Below are positions 1 to 11,342 of a stretch of DNA of 64,000 nt, piece by piece. The translations under genes were made by a program, and so were the position numbers. The stretch is from contig NC_058368.1 in the NCBI RefSeq assembly GCF_018350175.1, positions 150,476,001-150,540,000 of the forward strand. Direction: 5' to 3'. Each line of letters opens with the position of its first letter. The first letter of the stretch is position 1. Origin of the DNA: Felis catus. Lineage: Eukaryota. The notes beneath the pieces were generated by a model. That model was given only the letters and a program-made list of their open reading frames with translations, was not told where the DNA came from and did not search any database.

Positions 1-160
1 GAGAGGGAGAGGGAGGGGCAGAAAGAGGGGGACAGAGGACTTGAAGCAGGCTCTGTGCTGATAGCTCAGAGCCCAATGCAGGGCTCGAACTCACTGACCA
101 CGAGATCACAGCCTAAGCCAAAGTCAGAGGCTTAACCAACTGAGCCACCCAGGTGTCCCT
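1..160 (-). mobile_element. Can-SINE, cut by window start
   Basis: Reverse complement of the SINE head (actgagccacccaggtgtccc at 140-159) and body (aagcaggctctgtgctgatagctcagagccc). Confidence 0.95.
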
Positions 161-2280
161 ATATTCATTTTTCTGTTATCTTTTTTATACTGAGTTAGGT
201 TTTCCTTTGCTCTCCCTCTTTAGGGAAGGCAGCTTTCCTTTATATTATTTTGAACAGTGGTGAGGCATGAAGCAAACACAAGACAACCAGATACTAGCTA
301 TTCATCAGGGTTAGGTAAAAGAACTGTTCAACCGAAATTAATAAGAAGGGATGTAACAAACCCACCTTCCTACAACTCATTTGAAAGTCAGATAATATCA
401 ATTAGCATTTATCAAATAGAAATGAGCGAGTGAGGGTGACAATATCTTACCTACCTCTCAAGAACATGTGATGATGAATGACTCACTCACCAAATATTTT
501 AAGTCAGTGTTTCCTGAGCACTCACAGACTATGTCTAAGCAACTCCAATTATCCAGATAAAACAGAAAAACTCAGTTTTGAAGCCACAGTTAGGTGGACA
601 TAAGCCTATGCCCATGCTGAATACTTCAACACATTAGAGTCCTAACCTTCTATCTGCCAATGTCCTAGGAGATAAGCATTAAATAAAGTTGACCTGGATT
701 CTATTTATTGCAGTCCAGTACAAAAATCATTTTCTAAGAAAATATATAATTCTTTTCTATGGAGTCCTAGGACTACGTGAAGTTAATTCTTGCTGACCTC
801 TGCAAGGTGGGAACCATTAAACCTATCATAAAAATAGAAAATGAAAGTAAAGAGAGACCTTAGGATGATTTGCCCAGGTGAAGAAACTGAGAATACAAAC
901 CTGCTTGCCAGACCCTTAAGACAAGACTGCATCCACTATGCCAGACTGTCTTTTATACCAAACTACTCACAGGAATCCTCTGCATGTATGTGAGATTCAT
1001 CACTGTTACTACTTATCCAGATTAACGTAGGTCTACTTGATAGAATCTCCCCAACATGTGAAACATTCAGATGCAACCTTATAGTGTTTCAATTTTGGAA
1101 AACAGAGACTCCTCCATGCTGCAGGGTGCTTACTAGTAAGTCAGGCTTCCTATAGCAAAGGCAAAAGAATCTTTGACCTTGAAATTCCTGGCATGTTTAG
1201 GTTTAAACTCACTAAGAAAGTTCAGGCTGCTTAGATTTTATTTGAAACCTGAATGCCCAAACAGGCCAGTATTATAAGCTTGGAATGAAGTGTTGAAAGC
1301 CAATTTGGCTGGTAAGGTATAATTAACTTCGGTTATAACTGTAAAATCAAATACATTGGATTTCCTAGCCTTCCAGTAAAATGGATTATAAATGCCAAAA
1401 AAGATAATTGTCTACATTAAATGGTTGTAAACGTGGAATTTTTTTGAGAAAACTGTTCAGCTTAGCTACGTTTTCTTCCCCCTTTTGTTCATTCATTAAA
1501 TGCACAGATAGATGTGGGGCACATGCTGCCATACACTGGGGCTAAGTGCATGGTGACTGAGCACCGGGCTAAGGTTGAAGACCCACAGGGCGCAGGCAGA
1601 CTTAGTCCCTGCCAGCAGGTACTTACCGTTTGGGAAAGAGGAACCACAAAGTGCATTCAAGCATCTCATGATACACAGGAACATAGAGTGCTATCAATGG
1701 GATTCACCCTGGAAGCCCCTACTCCATCAGGGAGAGCCAGACAACAACCATGGAAGACATCCCAGGGACAAAGACCTGGGCATGGATTAGGGAAACATTG
1801 AGAAAATTGATTTGATTTTTAAACGTAATACGAGGCCACTTTTAGCCTCATATTGTGATGGTTGTGAGGGCACTGGGGAGTAGAGAAGTTAAAGAAAAAC
1901 TCTGAGACTTCATTGCCATGGCCTTCAAATGCCTTCTTTTTGAAAATAAATGAATTTAGTAAAAATGTAACGAATTTAATTTTATATCATATGTAAATCT
2001 TTTTCTAAGGACTGCTGGCCTGTATGGGAGATTCAGTGAGTATGTGGTTGAGCTCAACTTTCAAGAAACACATGTTGTATAAATTGTTAAATTTCAAGAT
2101 AGAATCTGATTCAAAGCATTCCTTCACAAGTATGAGATGAAGCTGCCAAATAGTACACAGGGATATTTAATTTGGCAAGTTAAAGAATAATAAAAGTAAA
2201 AAAAAAAAAAAAGTAAGTAGTGATAAGGCCCAAGAGAACTGACTTGAAATTTGTAGTTTCCCTTTAAATAATAGCATTTT

Positions 2281-2492
2281 TATTTTATTTTTGTTAAGTT
2301 TATTTATTGATGAGAGAGAGAGAGAGAGAGCGAGCAGGAGAAGCAGAGAGAAAGGAAGAGAGAAAACCCCAAGCAGGCTCTGCATTGATAATGTGGAGCC
2401 TAATACGGGGCTCAATCTTGCAGTTTGTGATTCGTGACCTGAGCCAAAACCAAGAGTCGGATGCTTAACTGAACGAGCCACCCAGGTGCTCC
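2281..2492 (-). mobile_element. Can-SINE
   Basis: T-rich tail, (GA)n and gagccacccaggtgctcc head; degenerate TSD agcattttta on both sides. Confidence 0.95.
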
Positions 2493-2723
2493 TGAATAGA
2501 AGCATTTTTAGTTGAAATATCACCAATACTGATAAATTGGAGAAATTCTTGTCTTAGTATGAGGCAAATGCAATACTCAACATTTACCAAGGAAATAATT
2601 AAAACTTTAGAAATTTAGAGTTCAAAAAATGAAATGCTTAGATATAAATCTAACAAAATATGTACATTTGATGTTTGTATTTGTATTTTGTGTTTGTATT
2701 TTGTGTTTGTGTTTGTATTCTGT

Positions 2724-3104
2724 TACAACAGAAATGTATTGTCTTACAGTTCTGGAGGCTAGAAGTCCAAGGTCAGTGTGTGGGCAATGTTGATTCCCTC
2801 TGAGGGTCATGTGGGAGATCTCTGTTGCATGCCTCTCTTCTAGCTTCTAGTGGTTTGCTGGCAATCATGGGCGTTGCTTGGCTTCTGTATCACAATGATC
2901 TCTGCCTTCACCTTACCTGACATTCTCTGTGTGTGCTATCTCCAAATTTCTCCTTTTTTTGAGGACACCAAGTCATGGTGAATTCAGACCCATGCTAATG
3001 ATCTCATTCTAACTTGATGACTTCTCTTAAGACTCTGTCTCCAAATAAAGTTACATTCTGAGGAACTGGGGATCAGGACTTCTACATTTGAATCCAGAGG
3101 AGGT
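2724..3104 (-). mobile_element. MLT1 (MaLR) LTR, MLT1C/D-like
   Basis: acaacagaaatgtattgtcttacagttctggaggctagaagtccaag ... ctccaaataaagttacattctgaggaactggggatcaggacttctac is typical antisense MLT1. Confidence 0.85.
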
Positions 3105-3285
3105 ATACCAATGCTGAAAACTACAAAGCACAGATGAAATCTGTAAATGTAGGAACATTCTGTGTTCATGGACTAGAAGCCTCAACATACTAAAGATGTC
3201 AATTCTCCCCCAAATTAAGGTATAGATATAACACAATTCCAATCCAAATACCAACAGAATTTTTTTGTATATAAAGACAAGTGTA

Positions 3286-3497
3286 GGGGCGCCTCGGTGG
3301 CGCAGTCGGTTAAGCGTCCGACTTCAGCCAGGTCACGATCTCGCGGTCCGGGAGTTCGAGCCCCGCGTCAGGCTCTGGGCTGATGGCTCAGAGCCTGGAA
3401 CCTGTCCGATTCTGTCTCCCTCTCTCTCTGCCCCTCCCCCGTTCATGCTCTGTCTCTCTCTGTCCCAAAAATAAATAAACGTTGAAAAAATAAATAA
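3286..3497 (+). mobile_element. Young feline Can-SINE (SINEC_Fc type)
   Basis: CpG-rich, A box tggcgcagtcgg, B box gttcgagcc; perfect 15-bp TSD ataaagacaagtgta at 3271-3285 and 3498-3512. Confidence 0.97.
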
Positions 3498-4137
3498 ATA
3501 AAGACAAGTGTATTGCAAAATTTATATGAGAAGGTAAAAGAACTAGAACAGCCAAAACAATTTCAAAAAGAGTAAGGTTGAATCACTCACAGTACCCAAT
3601 TTTAAGGCTTACGATAAAACTATACTAAGTAAGACAGTATGGTACTGATGATGGAGTAAACATATAGATCAACGCAAGAGAATGGAGGACAGAAATACAG
3701 ATGTTTCCCAATGATTTTTGATAAAAAGTGTAAGGGCAAATTCAAGGGAGAAAGGATAGTTTTTCAACGCTGGTGTTGGAATAACTGGACATTCATATGC
3801 CAAAATAGAAAGCTCAACTTAAATGACACACCTTTTACAAAAATTAATCCAAGAAGAATCACAGATCTAAAGGTCAAATTCAAAACTATAAAACTTTTAG
3901 GAGAAAATTTGAATAGGAAAAGGTAGTCCTCGATATGACACCAAAAGTTCAATCCATAAAAGAAAAAAATTGACAAACTAGACTTCATCAAAATTTTAAA
4001 GTTCTGCTCTGCAAAAAATAGTGCTATAAAAAAAAAAGATAAGCTACAGACTGTGAGAAAATATTTGTAAACCACATAGCTTAAAAATGACTTGTACCAA
4101 GGATGTATAAAAAACTCTGAAAACTAAAGCACATTTT

Positions 4138-4357
4138 CTTAACGTTTACTCATTTTTGAGAGAGAGAAAGAAAGAGAGAGAGAGACAGGGTGAGAGTCAG
4201 GAAGGGGCAGAGAGAGACTGAAACACAGAATCTGAAGCAGGCTCCTGGCCTGTGCTTTCAGTACAAAGCCCAATGCAGGGCTTGAAACCAACAAACTGTG
4301 AAATCATGACCTGAGCCAAAGTCAGACCCTCGATCAACTGAGCCACCCAGGAGCCCC
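4138..4357 (-). mobile_element. Can-SINE
   Basis: Antisense body and head; TSD aagcacatttt on both sides. Confidence 0.95.
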
Positions 4358-4372
4358 TCAAGCACATTTTTA

Positions 4373-5138
4373 AAAATGCTCGTCACTCCTCATCAGGGAA
4401 ATACAAATCAAAACCACACTGAGATGTCACCTCACGCCAGTCAGAGTGGCTAAAATGAACAAATCAGGAGACTATAGATGCTGGCGAGGATGTGGAGAAA
4501 CGGGAACCCTCCTACATTGTTGGTGGGAATGCAAACTGGGGCAGCTGCTCTGGAAAACAGTGTGGAGGTTCCTCAAAAAATTAAAAATAGATCTACCCTA
4601 TGACCCAGCAATAGCACTGCTAGGAATTCACCCAAGGGATATAGGAGTGCTGATGCATAGGGGCACTTTACCCCGATGTTTATAACAGCACTTTCAACAA
4701 TAGCCAAATTATGGGAAAAGCCTGAATGCCCATCAACTGATGAATGGATAAAGAAATTGTGGTTTATATACACAATGGAATACTACTTGGAAATGAGAAA
4801 GAATGAAATCTGGCCATTTGTAGAAACGTGGATGGAACTGGAGAGAGTTATGCTAAGTGAAATAAGTCATAGAGAGAAAGACAGATACCATATGTTTTCA
4901 CTCTTTTGTGGATCCCAAGAAACTTAACAGAAGACCATGGGGGAGGGGGAGGGGGAAAAAGTTACAGAGAGGGAAGGAGGCAAACCATGAGAGACTTTTA
5001 AAAACTGAGAATAAACTGAGGGTTGATGGGGGGTGGGAGGGAGGGTGGGTGATGGGTATTGAGGAGGGCACCTGTTGGGATGAGCACTGGGTGTTGTATG
5101 GAAACCAATTTGACAATAAATTTGATATTAAAAAAAAA
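4373..5138 (+). mobile_element. 5'-truncated young feline L1: ORF2 C-terminus, 3'UTR and A tail
   Basis: ORFs [20 protein letters not shown]...PYDPAI and [13 protein letters not shown]...WMELE match the L1 ORF2 C-terminus (frameshifted); G-rich 3'UTR; aataaa near 5115; A tail 5129-5138. Confidence 0.97.
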
Positions 5139-6397
5139 TTTTTTAAAGGCTAAAGACTTGAACAGAAACTGAATAAAAGAGGATAAATGTAAAACAAAGA
5201 AAGAAAGAATTGTAGAAGGCTTTAATTTCTAGTCTCTCCTCCATTCATATATTAATTATGCAAGCATTTTATTTCCACTTTATTTGAGTGAATTTCTCCA
5301 AATTATTCAATATTTATATGCAATATACGTTTAAATTTAAAGACAAGTTTTCAAATGTATTTGTTCAACATTCTTATATCTTAGTCCTTTCCCCTCAAAT
5401 TTCCTTTTTGCTGTAGTAGATATTTGTTTTGTTTGTTTGATAATGTATTTTTCCTGGGTACTGGATAGTTAGGAATTTAGCTAGATACACATTTCTAGGT
5501 TGATGGTTCATTTCTTTCACCATCATTTTGAAGATTCCACGAGGATTCCATTGTCTTCTGGCTTCTTGTTGAAATTTTTACAGTTTAGTCTAGTTGGAAT
5601 TATTTTACAAATAACCCTTCTTTTATTTGTTGTTCCTTTTCAGATTTTTCATTTGGTCTTTGGTATTTTGCAGTTTACTGTGATGTCTTAAGTATGAGAA
5701 AAATTTTTATTTATCACCCTTGGGACTCACTGTGATCATGAAAAACTCTCCCTCATTATCTTTATACATACCTCTTGGCAGCCCTATCAGGCATAGATTT
5801 TCATTTTACCCTCCATTCCTCTTTTATAATTTCCAACCTATAACTCTCTTTGCTGCCTCATGGATGGATAATTTCCTTAAACCTCTTAATTTCTCAGTTT
5901 GGGGGCTTGCATGAAGCACAGACTATGGTTACGCATTCTAAAAAGAGCTCTTTCATTCCATCCGAAATCCAGGTCAAAAGAAAATGGCAGGTATTTTTTC
6001 TATTCCCACTTTTACTGAAATTCTATCCTTCTGAGAATCTTTGGATAATATGGAGATTTCCATTTTAACTGACCTCTTTGGATAAGCCCAAATCCTAATG
6101 TGCTGTCTTCACGTGAGGAGCAATGAAATCCTTATATTACCATGACTAATCATCTCTAACCATCCATTTTGTCTGCCACTTCCAGGCCTAGTAGCTACAG
6201 TAGCAGGTATTGAGCGCACCATTGAGGCTTATTCCTAGAGCCTCGTGATTACTTTCCAGGGAGACGAGCCATGCATTTAAACATGTGTTGTTTGTAGTGG
6301 TAGGATTTTTGTGTTTCGTTTTATTTTGTTTTTGTTCTCTAGAACTTTTCAACCATTTTTTCATCAGAGCACACATTTTAACAAAGTATTTATTCGG

Positions 6398-6610
6398 CAC
6401 TCTGGAGTTAAACAGAAGAGGCTAAAGCTGGCTTTGCCCCTTACCAGCCAAATGACCTTGAACAAGTTACTTAACCTGTCCATACCTCAGTTTCCCTATC
6501 TGGAAAATGGACATAAAAGTACCTACCTCATAGTGTTGTTACGAGAATGAAATGAATATCTATCAAGTGCTTACAACAGTGCCTGGCACTTAATAAACAC
6601 TGACTATTTC
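6398..6610 (+). mobile_element. MIR
   Basis: tgaccttgaacaagttacttaacc...cctcagtttccctatctggaaaatgg...acagtgcctggcac core. Confidence 0.9.
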
Positions 6611-7482
6611 CTATATAAAAATGAAAACAGAGAAGAAAATGTTAGTAGTCTTCTATTATTTTAACATGTGTATTTAAAACAAAGAAATTCCATTTTGCTT
6701 TAAAACCTAGTACCTATTGTAGAGATGGAGGATTAACGAAAACCCAAAGTATTTTTATTTAAAAATCACTAGGTTAACACTCCTGAAGTTGAACAGTAAC
6801 ATTCACTCAATTTTGTTCTCATCATTCCACAACAACTCTTCTCTATCCCGTATATTCACCTTGTCACTCATATGTCTCAAATTCCTATAAGCAAAACATT
6901 GTAAATGACAAGGAAAGTGACTACTGCATCTCTCCATTTCCAACTCAGAGAAGCACTCAGAACTTCTAGAAAACACACAAATCCCAAAAGGAAATGACAT
7001 TAAAGGATTAAAGGGGTTTGCTTTTTATTATCTTCCTTCTAATCTCTTTGGAGCAACCACTTTTTCATATTGCTTCTTGAAGTTTCTATCAGTCAGCACC
7101 GGTCAGGTGGAGAGTAACTTCCAGGGGAACATGCTGAGATTTCCACCGATCCATATATTTCTGCATCTTTGCGGAAAATGCCAAATTCTCAATTATTCTT
7201 GTAAATATGTTAAGCTTAAGCCAAAACCACCTCCTTTCATTTGAATGGGCTTCTAATACTTGTATTTCCACTTCTCAGTCTGGCTCACAGTTATTCAACA
7301 GCTGATGCAGTGCCTGTCACATCCTTTCCTAGGCTCTCTATTAAAAGTTTCTTTTTTCACCCCCAATAAAGTGTTCCAAAGAATGCTTCCCTAACTATTC
7401 ATTTAGAGGAATAAAAAAAAATCATTAGCCTTTAAGCTAAGTTTTACCTTATCGTGGATAAGTTTTAAAACTCAAAACAAAT

Positions 7483-7592
7483 GCAGGTGCAGAACTGGCT
7501 CAGTCGGGGGAGCACGTGACTCTTGATTTCAGGATTGTGGGTGTGAGCCCCATAGTAGGCATAGAGATTACTTAAAAATAAAATCTTTTTTT
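7483..7592 (+). mobile_element. Short old Can-SINE lacking the CT tract
   Basis: tRNA-like head tggctcagtcgggggagcacgtgactcttgatttcagg...gagccccatagtaggcatagagattacttaaaaataaa. Confidence 0.85.
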
Positions 7593-8419
7593 TAAGTTCA
7601 AACAGAGAGGAAATACAGTCATAATCATTTTTAAAAATCCCACAAATTAACCACAAAGTAGACAGAGTTCAGTGACATAGCACTAGGTCTAACACGGGTG
7701 TTTCTCCTTCTTGCACTGACTCTAATGATTGTTTCCTCTGTTAATGACCAGATGATGAAGTTGATTTGTATTATGGGTCATTTGATTGGAAGATATGTAC
7801 ATTTAAATACTAGAGCTACAGTCAGGGCAGGGAGAGGCTCACACTATCAGAGTGATGGGATTGCTGTGGTCCACAGAGGGGACATAGACTCACACCTAGC
7901 ACTAACTGACTGAGAAAGAGAAAGAAGAATCACCTGACCTATTTAAATACCCTTCCTTCCTCCCCTAGGGTTAAATGTGATGAGATTTTATTACTCTTTG
8001 CATCCATGATGATGAAAAAACTTGGTCTTACTGGTTTCCAACATGTCAAAAAAAAATTAAAAGAAAAAGAAAGAAGAACAGCACTAGGATCAGTGATAAT
8101 TCAAAGCCTAACTTAAATTTCATAGACAAATCATCATCAAAGAGGATCATAAAGTATAACTTGAAATAAATGATATAATTTTGATTTATAGGCTACTAAA
8201 TCTTCCTATTGATGCTTAAAATGACTAAACATTTCATAATAGCATTATGGTTTCCAGGATATCAGCAATGTTTTTTTCACTTAAAAATCTTTAAGCCTTT
8301 TGCTAAAAAGACATTCTTTTAATTTGTCAAAAAAAAAATAGAACGTGCAATTCAATATATCCATTCCATACTGATTTTCAAATTGCTCCTAGGAGCTCTA
8401 GAGTTTGGGATTCTTCAAG

Positions 8420-8905
8420 ATTCAAAGGAGACATGATAGCTGTCTTCAACTGTATGGATGCCTGCCATTTAGCAGAAGAATTCAGTTTACTGGAACTAGG
8501 ATCAATGATTGCGATTGAAGTTGGTAGGAAGGCATGTTAATACATGACATACACTGTCATTTTTTAACAATCAGAGCTGCCAAAGTAGGCTCTCTCATGA
8601 CAGGAGTTTTCTATCATTGTATTTATAAATGGAATAATGGTACATGAAAGCATCTGGTATACCAGAAACTAATGTAACACAGTAGGTTAACTATACTGGA
8701 ATTAAATATACACAGGGAGAGAGGGAAAGTAATTCATCAAAAAAAAATGAATTAATTACAGAAAGAAAGCACCTGGCATACATTAGGTTCTCGAGTGTTT
8801 GTGAACTTAATCATACTCATCCTGAGTGCTTCCCTATCAGGGCACTATTACTAGGAATGACTTGAATGATCTAATCGCTAAGATGGCTCTGGTTCTAAAA
8901 GTCAT
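8420..8905 (+). mobile_element. L3/CR1 3' fragments (interrupted)
   Basis: ggagacatgatagctgtcttcaa, taacaatcagagctgcc and a degenerate CR1-like tail near 8855-8905. Confidence 0.6.
8663..8764 (+). mobile_element. Very short carnivore L1 3'-end insertion
   Basis: cagaaactaatgtaacacagtaggttaactatactggaattaaa resembles the L1_Carn terminus; TSD gaaagcaYctggYatac at 8646-8662 and 8765-8781. Confidence 0.7.
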
Positions 8906-9320
8906 TGAGCTCTAGATGTGAGTTTCCGTCCCCTCTGTGGACCACAGCAATCCCATAACTATCATAATGTGAGCCTCTCACTGCCCTGATTGTAACTCTA
9001 TATTTAAATGTACATATTTTTCCAACAACATGACTCCTAAACACAAGCCAACTCCATCCTATGGTCTTTGGACTCCAATAATCACTGGAGTCCATGCAAG
9101 GAGAAGCATCCGTGTTGGACTTCCTGTGATGTCACCAAATTCGACTCTGTGATCAATTCTGAAATGCTTTAAAATTATTAAAACTAAATGAATGATAATT
9201 TGAATGCTTTTCAATTATTAAGAGCAATTCACTGCAACATTATGAGTAAAGTATCAATTCATCTTAGAAGACCTCTGGCAAGATACTCTGAAACATGACA
9301 AAGCAATTCTTCCCCTATAT

Positions 9321-9542
9321 CAATGATCAGCAACTTTTTCTGTAAAGAGCCAGAGAGTAAACATGTCAGGTCTTGCAGGCCATGTGGACTCTGTCACAAC
9401 TATCCAACTCTGCTATTACAGCATGAAAGCATCAATGGACAACACATAAATGAATGAGTGTGGCTGGGTTTCAATGAAACTTTATGTACGAAAACAGGAA
9501 CAAGCCACATTTGACCTGCAGTCCATGATTTACCAACCCCTG
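9321..9542 (+). mobile_element. MER58A (hAT-Charlie MITE)
   Basis: cagcaactttttctgtaaagagccagagagtaaa...atgaatgagtgtggctgggtttcaatgaaactttat...ccaacccctg. Confidence 0.9.
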
Positions 9543-10509
9543 CCGCACATCACAGAGCTACAGATCCTATACAAGGTCAAAGAAAAATACACTATTTATC
9601 TACAAGCTTTTAATAGAGAAGAATCATCTAAGAAGTGCTTTGAAAAGCTACGTGTAAATCCAAGAAACAATTGATTCATATTTCTTTGTTTAGCAGAGTA
9701 ATAAACATTTGAGAAAAGAATCAGAAAATGCTCAAGAAAAATAACTCCAGCTCTGAGATGTAACAAGAGAGTTTTTCAGACTTCCTGCTGATCTTTATCC
9801 GATGCATGTTTTATGTTACATACTAGAGTTACATAATGTATGTACAATTTTGTATGGGTGTTTTTAATTAACATTAGACACCAATGTTTTCTTGTCACTA
9901 AAAATCCTTCATAAACATCATTTCTAATGGCCAAATAATATTTTAACACATGAATACCGTAATTTACTTAACTTTCCCCTAATACCCAACCAGTATTTTT
10001 TAGTGTTACATTTTATTAAAAAGCGCCTTACACTATGGAAAATGCAAACATGTAAAAAGAACCCATGATCCAAAAGCCAATATTTATGAGAAAAAGCTGA
10101 GCCTTCCATGAAACAGGAATATGAACACATTTGCCTTTTTCTATGCTTCCTCCTAAAATGACAGCAAAGGAATATAGGTGATATAAACTCACAAGGACAA
10201 ACAGGAGAGGAAAGGACAGCAGACAAGAGATGTCAACAGCTTGGGGAAGGAGGAAAGTGGATAGATGTGGAGCACCTGTGGTTTAGCTGGTACTTGTGAC
10301 TTCTAGAGAAAGCAGAAAAGTGAAAAAGTGAGTCACTGTGTTACCAAAAATCTCTACTTTGTTACCATTTCTTATTGTTTCATTTTCTTACCTTCTTCAC
10401 TAATTTCTTCAAGTATATTTTATCACAGTTCCTTTAAATTCATGGTTATTCTGCTTCAATAATCTGTTTTAGGATCTTGTAAGATAGGTACATTGTCCCA
10501 ATTTATTTC

Positions 10510-10960
10510 TACATTAGTTAGAATAAGGCTAAACTGCTATTACAGGAGAATCCAAAGATACAGTGTCTTAAGGAAATAGGCATTATTTTTCTCATTTAAC
10601 AGACCTGAAGAAAGCAGTTGTCACTGGGGCAGCTGCGGCCCATGTGACCATTCACAACACCAGATTCCTTCTCTTGTGTTGCTAGTTTGTCCCTGGGCTC
10701 ACTGGAACCATCTGCATGGTTGAAAGTGGCTCACCATCATGATGGTCCTGGTCCTAACCACTGGGGGGGGGGGGGGGCGCAAGAAAGCCTGTAGGGGGCA
10801 TGCCCAGCACCCCAGCATATATCATTTCTGCTTATATCCCATTGATGAAAACTTAATCGCAAGGCCACACCTAACTGAAAGGGAGACTTGGAAATGTTAT
10901 CTAACTAAGCAACAAGGGAAGAATTAATTTTGCAGAAAGTGAACAGTGGCCACCACAGTT
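10510..10960 (-). mobile_element. Old MLT1 (MLT1J/K-like) LTR containing a poly-G run
   Basis: aggctaaactgctattaca...cagtgtcttaa...catttctgcttatatcccattg...ggccacacctaactgaaagggagacttggaaatg. Confidence 0.7.
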
Positions 10961-11296
10961 GTCTTTCTTTTTGTAAGTTGTACTCCTCAGGCATCTAGTT
11001 ATTTTCACTTGTGAGCTCATGTACCAGAGAGAAGAGGGAATGTTTAAGAGTGGCCAGGAGCAAGCACCCACTTTCATATCCTCACCAGAGTAAGGCTTAA
11101 ATCCTACCCTGTTACCTCTCAGCAGACTCTTGCTCTAGGAAATGGACCAATGCTACTGATTCCTGCCATGGAAGGAAGTGAGGCAGTGATTGCCCATAGA
11201 AGGGAATAGCAAGAGCAGAGTTAGAGAAGGCTTCCTCCCACTTATCCACCACCCTGCCAACCCAGGCTGCTGCAGGCAAGCTGGCCTCTCTCTCAA

Positions 11297-11298
<2 letters not shown>

Positions 11299-11340
<42 letters not shown>
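11299..11340. repeat. (TG)n microsatellite
   Basis: About 21 TG units. Confidence 0.98.

Positions 11341-11342
<2 letters not shown>

Larger units (their letters stand above)
2590..4130 (+). mobile_element. Old L1M ORF2 fragment, interrupted by an MLT1 and a SINE; resumes briefly at ~5141-5200
   Basis: L1 ORF2-like text: tgttcatggactagaagcctcaac, gatagtttttcaacgctggtgttggaataactggac, gacttcatcaaaattttaaagttctgctctgc; degenerate frame (RIVFQRWCWNNW). Confidence 0.85.
7662..9150. repeat. Diverged inverted duplication, arms 7662-7912 and 8898-9150
   Basis: Manual alignment: 7793-7911 vs reverse complement of 8900-9017 has 16 differences in 119 columns; identical 29-bp block at 7855-7883 / 8928-8956. 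Confidence 0.95.

Noticed and set aside
466..520. GTGATGA...CTGA box C/D-like pair
   Set aside because: Too short, no terminal stem, lies in probable MIR remnant.
4446..4927. ORFs with clear protein motifs (also 3711-3926 and 61063-61400)
   Set aside because: Frameshifted fragments of L1 ORF2 in truncated copies, not host genes.
7089..7271. Minus ORF ending KYMDRWKSQHVPLEVTLHLTGAD as a terminal exon
   Set aside because: Weak acceptor, no recognisable homology, no supporting partner exons.
7872..7900. RSS-like cacagag...actcacacc and CTCF-like ccacagaggggac
   Set aside because: Spacer is 9 nt rather than 12 or 23 and no V/J segment is present; the CTCF match has several core mismatches.
7752..7913. 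Possible C/D snoRNA (ATGATGA at 7752, CTGA near 7906-7913)
   Set aside because: No terminal stem, boxes not kept in the paralogous arm, no recognisable rRNA guide.
7698..9095. Paralogous ORFs in the inverted arms (7698-7913 + and 8895-9095 -) sharing RGSHY..GIAVVHRGD
   Set aside because: A 1-nt indel puts their N-termini in different frames, and most substitutions change the amino acid (9 of 33 residues). The similarity follows from the DNA duplication, not coding constraint.
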